A DNA stretch of 40,000 nt, taken from assembly GCA_035533975.1 (NCBI GenBank), contig DATLSU010000020.1, forward strand, positions 37,181 through 77,180. Reading direction: 5' to 3'. Source of the DNA: Patescibacteria group bacterium (GTDB lineage Bacteria; Acidobacteriota; Terriglobia; Acidiferrales; UBA7541). Every line of letters begins with the position of its first letter. Within the stretch, counting starts at the first letter, position 1. Below the pieces are notes generated by a model, which saw only the letters and a program-made list of their open reading frames with translations, did not search any database and was not told where the DNA came from. Positions 36,742 through 40,000 of this stretch are shown piece after piece. The position numbers and the translations under genes were made by a program.

Positions 36742-38118
36742 ATGCCAACACGTCTGCCACTTGTCGCGATCGTCGGTCGGCCCAACGTCGGAAAATCCAC
36801 GCTGTTCAACCGCTTGATCGGGCGCCGGCGCTCGATCGTCACCGACGAGGCCGGGATCACCCGCGACCGGATCTACGGCGCCTCCGATTGGCGCGGCCGC
36901 GCCTTCGCGGTGGTCGATACGGGAGGACTGGTTCCCGACGAGCGCGCCGGCGTAGCGGCGGAAATTTTCCGGCAGGCGCGTCTGGCGCTGGCCGAGGCCG
37001 ATGCCATCATCTTGGTTGTCGACAGCCGGACCGGACCAACTCCTACCGATTCGGAACTGGCCCGCCGCATGCGCGTTTTCGGCAAGCCCATCGCCGTAGC
37101 CGCGAATAAGGTGGATTCGCGGGCGCAACTGACGGCCGCCTCGGCCTTCTTCGAGATGGGCGAGTCCGTCTTTCCCATATCCGCCGAGCAAGGCGTTGGC
37201 GTCGACGATCTGCTCGATCACGTCACGCGGGCGTTCCCGGTTGCCGAGGCCGAGCCGCCCTCCTCGGCGGTCCGGATTGCGATCATTGGCCGCCCCAACG
37301 TCGGCAAATCCACGCTTCTCAACCGCCTGGTGGGCGCGGAGCGTTCGATCGTCACCTCCGAGGCGGGAACCACGCGCGATGCCGTCGATACGCGGATCGA
37401 GAGGGAGGGCCGTTCGTATCTCTTCGTCGATACGGCGGGCATCCGGCGCAAGGCGCGCACGAAACTGGTGGCGGAAAAGCTCAGCGTCGTCATGGCGCGC
37501 CAGCATCTGGAGCGCGCCGACATGGCCCTGCTCGTCGCCGACGCCTCGCTCGGTGTGACCTCGCAGGACGCCACCGTCGCCGGCTACGCCGGCCAGGCCG
37601 GCCGCTCGTTGATCGTCGTGATGAACAAGTGGGATCTGGCCCTCGAGCGGGCGCGCGCCAGCGAAACGACCCGGCATCTCCGCCCGGCCGATCTTCGCGA
37701 GGAGTACGAGGCGTTGGTGCGGAAACGGCTTGGCTTCGTGAATTACGCGCCGGCAGTCTTCGTCTCGGCGCTCGACGGCGAGGGATCCGAGGGCCTTTTC
37801 GCGCTGATCGATCGAGTGGCCGATGCGCGCCGCCTGCGCGTGTCCACCTCGGAACTGAACCGCTGGCTGGCCGAAAGCGATCTGCATCGTTCCGGCACTC
37901 CGGCCGCCGAGGTGCCCGAAATCCTGTACCTCACGCAGGTTTCGTCCGACCCGCCGACGTTCGTTCTTTTCACTCGAACCCCGCGCAAGCTTCATTTCAG
38001 CTACGAGCGTTTCCTCCAGAACCGCCTGCGCGAGCGCTTCGATTTTACCGGCGCGCCGATTCGCTTTATCGTCCGCGCCCGCCGCCGCACCCCCGCCCGC
38101 TCCTCTCGCGCCGGTTGA
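36742..38118 (+). CDS. der: Ribosome-associated GTPase Der (EngA), two GTPase domains
   Basis: Two G1 motifs, GRPNVGKSTLFNRL and GRPNVGKSTLLNRL. DTGG/DTAG and NKVD/NKWD motifs. KH-like C-terminus. Confidence 0.92.
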   Translation: MPTRLPLVAIVGRPNVGKSTLFNRLIGRRRSIVTDEAGITRDRIYGASDWRGRAFAVVDTGGLVPDERAGVAAEIFRQARLALAEADAIILVVDSRTGPTPTDSELARRMRVFGKPIAVAANKVDSRAQLTAASAFFEMGESVFPISAEQGVGVDDLLDHVTRAFPVAEAEPPSSAVRIAIIGRPNVGKSTLLNRLVGAERSIVTSEAGTTRDAVDTRIEREGRSYLFVDTAGIRRKARTKLVAEKLSVVMARQHLERADMALLVADASLGVTSQDATVAGYAGQAGRSLIVVMNKWDLALERARASETTRHLRPADLREEYEALVRKRLGFVNYAPAVFVSALDGEGSEGLFALIDRVADARRLRVSTSELNRWLAESDLHRSGTPAAEVPEILYLTQVSSDPPTFVLFTRTPRKLHFSYERFLQNRLRERFDFTGAPIRFIVRARRRTPARSSRAG

Positions 38119-38155
38119 CACCGGCGGCCGGCGGCATAGGATAGTGGTTTGAATC

Positions 38156-38587
38156 ATGACCGAAGATCTTTTTCCCGCCCCCACCCCCGATGCGCCCGCC
38201 GCCGGAGCTGACGCGCCGGCCGCCAATCCGGAGGAGGGTGTATTTCGGATCGGCGAGGTTTGCCGCCTCACCGCGACCAAAGCGTTCGTGCTGCGATACT
38301 GGGAAACCGAGTTCCCGATGCTGGCTCCGCACAAGAGTCCCAAGGGGCACCGGCTTTACCGCCGGGAAGACATCGACATGGTTTTCGAGATCAAGCGGCT
38401 GCTCTACGAGGAAGGGTTCACGATCGCGGGCGCCCGGCGCTGGCTCGAATCGAGCGGCCGCGAGGGACCGGAGGGTGATGCGACCTCGCCCCCCATCCTG
38501 CCATCCGGGTCCACGGCGGCGCGCAAACTCCTGGCCGATCTCGAGCAGGAGTTGCGGGCAATCTTGACGCTGCTCGGAAGCGGGTGA
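38156..38587 (+). CDS. MerR-family transcriptional regulator
   Basis: FRIGEVCRLTATKAFVLRYWETEFPMLAPHKSPKGHRLYRREDIDMVFEIKRLL. Confidence 0.8.
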   Translation: MTEDLFPAPTPDAPAAGADAPAANPEEGVFRIGEVCRLTATKAFVLRYWETEFPMLAPHKSPKGHRLYRREDIDMVFEIKRLLYEEGFTIAGARRWLESSGREGPEGDATSPPILPSGSTAARKLLADLEQELRAILTLLGSG

Positions 38588-38607
38588 TACGCTTCGATTT
38601 TGTGCGT

Positions 38608-38684
38608 CGGGACGTGGCGCAGCCTGGTAGCGCGCACGCTTGGGGTGCGTGAGGTCGCTGGTTCAAATCCAGTCGTCCCGACCA
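38608..38684 (+). tRNA. tRNA-Pro (anticodon GGG), CCA encoded
   Basis: Manually folded cloverleaf. Acceptor CGGGACG/CGTCCCG, D stem GCGC/GCGC, anticodon stem CACGC/GCGTG with loop TTGGGGT, T arm GCTGG-TTCAAAT-CCAGT, discriminator A plus CCA. Confidence 0.9.
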
Positions 38685-38731
38685 TCCTTCCCCCAGCCGG
38701 ACTTACCCGCCAGCTCGGTGCTAGGAACGCG

Positions 38732-39499
38732 ATGCCCCATATTCTCGTTACCAACGACGATGGAATCGGCGCGCCGGGTCTGGAAGCCCTGGCCGGAGCC
38801 CTTTCCGCTTTCGCCGAAGTCACCATGGTCGCGCCGAGCGGCGAGCGCAGCGGCGCCGGCCATTCGATCAGCGTTCGCCGACCGGTCGCGTGCGAATCGC
38901 GCGGCGAAGGCCGTTGGTCGGTCGACGGCACGCCCGCCGACGCGGTGATCATCGCGCTGCACAAACTGCTCGATCACAAGCCCGACCTGGTCGTTTCCGG
39001 CATCAATCACGGAGCGAACGTGGGCCAGAACATCCACTACTCGGGTACCGTCGGGGCGGCTCTCGAAGCGACGGTCAACCACATCCCCGCATTCGCGCTT
39101 TCGGTGGCGTCCCGAAAGCCGGATTGCGACTGGGGTCCGGCCGCGCGGCTGGGAGTGGAACTGGCCCGGTTGGTCATCGAGGAACGGCTGCCCGACGGGG
39201 TGATGTTGAATGTGAACGTACCGGCCAAGTGGCGCGAACCAGGGCGCGTCCGCTTCACGCGGCAGTCGGAGAAGATCATTCGAAGCCTCGTGCGCGAAGA
39301 GCCCTGCGCGAGCGGCCGTGCCTTTCTGCTCCAGGAACTTCAAATTCCCGAATCCATCGAGCCCGATAGCGATTACGCGGCCCTTCAGGCCGGCGACGCC
39401 ACGATCACGCCTCTCTACGCCCACCGAACCCACGCCGCTTCGCTCAATCACCTTTCCCATCTCGCTCTCCGTTTGCAATCGCTTCTGGAGGGCCGCTGA
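38732..39499 (+). CDS. surE: 5'/3'-nucleotidase SurE
   Basis: MPHILVTNDDGIGAPGLEAL and GINHGANVGQNIHYSGTVGAALEA. Confidence 0.92.
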   Translation: MPHILVTNDDGIGAPGLEALAGALSAFAEVTMVAPSGERSGAGHSISVRRPVACESRGEGRWSVDGTPADAVIIALHKLLDHKPDLVVSGINHGANVGQNIHYSGTVGAALEATVNHIPAFALSVASRKPDCDWGPAARLGVELARLVIEERLPDGVMLNVNVPAKWREPGRVRFTRQSEKIIRSLVREEPCASGRAFLLQELQIPESIEPDSDYAALQAGDATITPLYAHRTHAASLNHLSHLALRLQSLLEGR

Positions 39500-39546
39500 C
39501 CGCGGCCGCCAGGGCCCGCTCCGAACGCACGAAACAGGTTTCCTTC

Positions 39547-40000
39547 TCAGTCGCCGGCTTCCTGGTAGGGATGTTTGAGCCAACGGCGCGCCTGCTCGGC
39601 CAGATCCGGGTCGCTGGTTTTTTCGACGACCTCTTGGTACTGCTGGACCGCCAACTGGCGTTCGCCCGCGAGGTCGTACATCTGGCCCGCCGCCAGTTGC
39701 GCGCGTAGCAATAGGTACGGGTTCGGGTGGGGCAATGTCCTGGCGCTGTCGTAGGCTTCGGCCGCGGCGCGCCAGTGGCGTTCGGAACGGAGCAGATTGC
39801 CCAATTCTATTGACGCCAGCCCCGCGTTTTCGTTCGCGAACTGGCCTTGCCTGCCGAGTTCGATCAGCCGGCGATAGGCCTGAATCGCCGCGGCCGGTTT
39901 TCCGGTATCCTTGAGCAAATCGGCCGCCGAAAGAGCGTAGAGAAAATTGCGGGGAAACGCGGCATAGAGCCACTCGGTCAGCTCGAGAGCCTCCGGGTAA
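39547..40000 (-). CDS. TPR-repeat protein, 5' end beyond the window
   Basis: TPR-like helices (AIQAYRRLIEL, AAEAYDSA, AVQQYQEVVE). The frame stays open to the window edge. Confidence 0.65.
   Translation of the reverse strand, partial: YPEALELTEWLYAAFPRNFLYALSAADLLKDTGKPAAAIQAYRRLIELGRQGQFANENAGLASIELGNLLRSERHWRAAAEAYDSARTLPHPNPYLLLRAQLAAGQMYDLAGERQLAVQQYQEVVEKTSDPDLAEQARRWLKHPYQEAGD

Noticed and set aside
36640-38343. N-terminal 568 codons of the 1225-aa ORF-track entry (34666-38343, minus strand)
   Set aside because: It is a low-complexity Arg/Gly/Ala-rich antisense shadow of the der gene in high-GC DNA. The helicase homology begins at ATG 36639.
38608-38684. tRNA-Pro(GGG) as the attachment site of the casposon-like element (some archaeal casposons target tRNA-Pro)
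   Set aside because: It lies about 23 kb from the element. No part of the tRNA is repeated at the element ends, and the actual TSD is an intergenic 14-mer.

Overview
GC-rich bacterial chromosome, tentatively Acidobacteriota-like (judged only from flanking gene types and GC). Housekeeping genes cover about 1-2430 and 15810-40000. They include rnhA, an M61 peptidase, a YceI-like protein, phosphoketolase, glgX, pgm, a P-type H+-ATPase, queC/queE/queD, a DinG-like helicase, der, tRNA-Pro(GGG) and surE. Between them lies a 13,347-bp insertion (2448-15794), mostly visibly more AT-rich. It is bounded by 33-bp terminal inverted repeats (29/33 identical, first 17 perfect) and a perfect 14-bp direct target-site duplication (gtcaacgcgagcag). 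The insertion encodes a solo Cas1 homolog with a C-terminal zinc ribbon and HTH, a 1010-aa family B DNA polymerase, an HNH nuclease and several small HTH proteins. It has no Cas2, no CRISPR array and no conventional recombinase or transposase. This is the architecture of a casposon (Cas1-driven self-synthesising transposon). Its cargo includes a HEPN (ApeA-like) module split at an A7 tract. Secondary observations: a tandem paralog pair, one copy carrying an in-frame TAG; a glgP remnant with its central core deleted; and a tightly coupled queD-queE-queC operon. All functional calls rest on motif recognition by eye; no database search was run.
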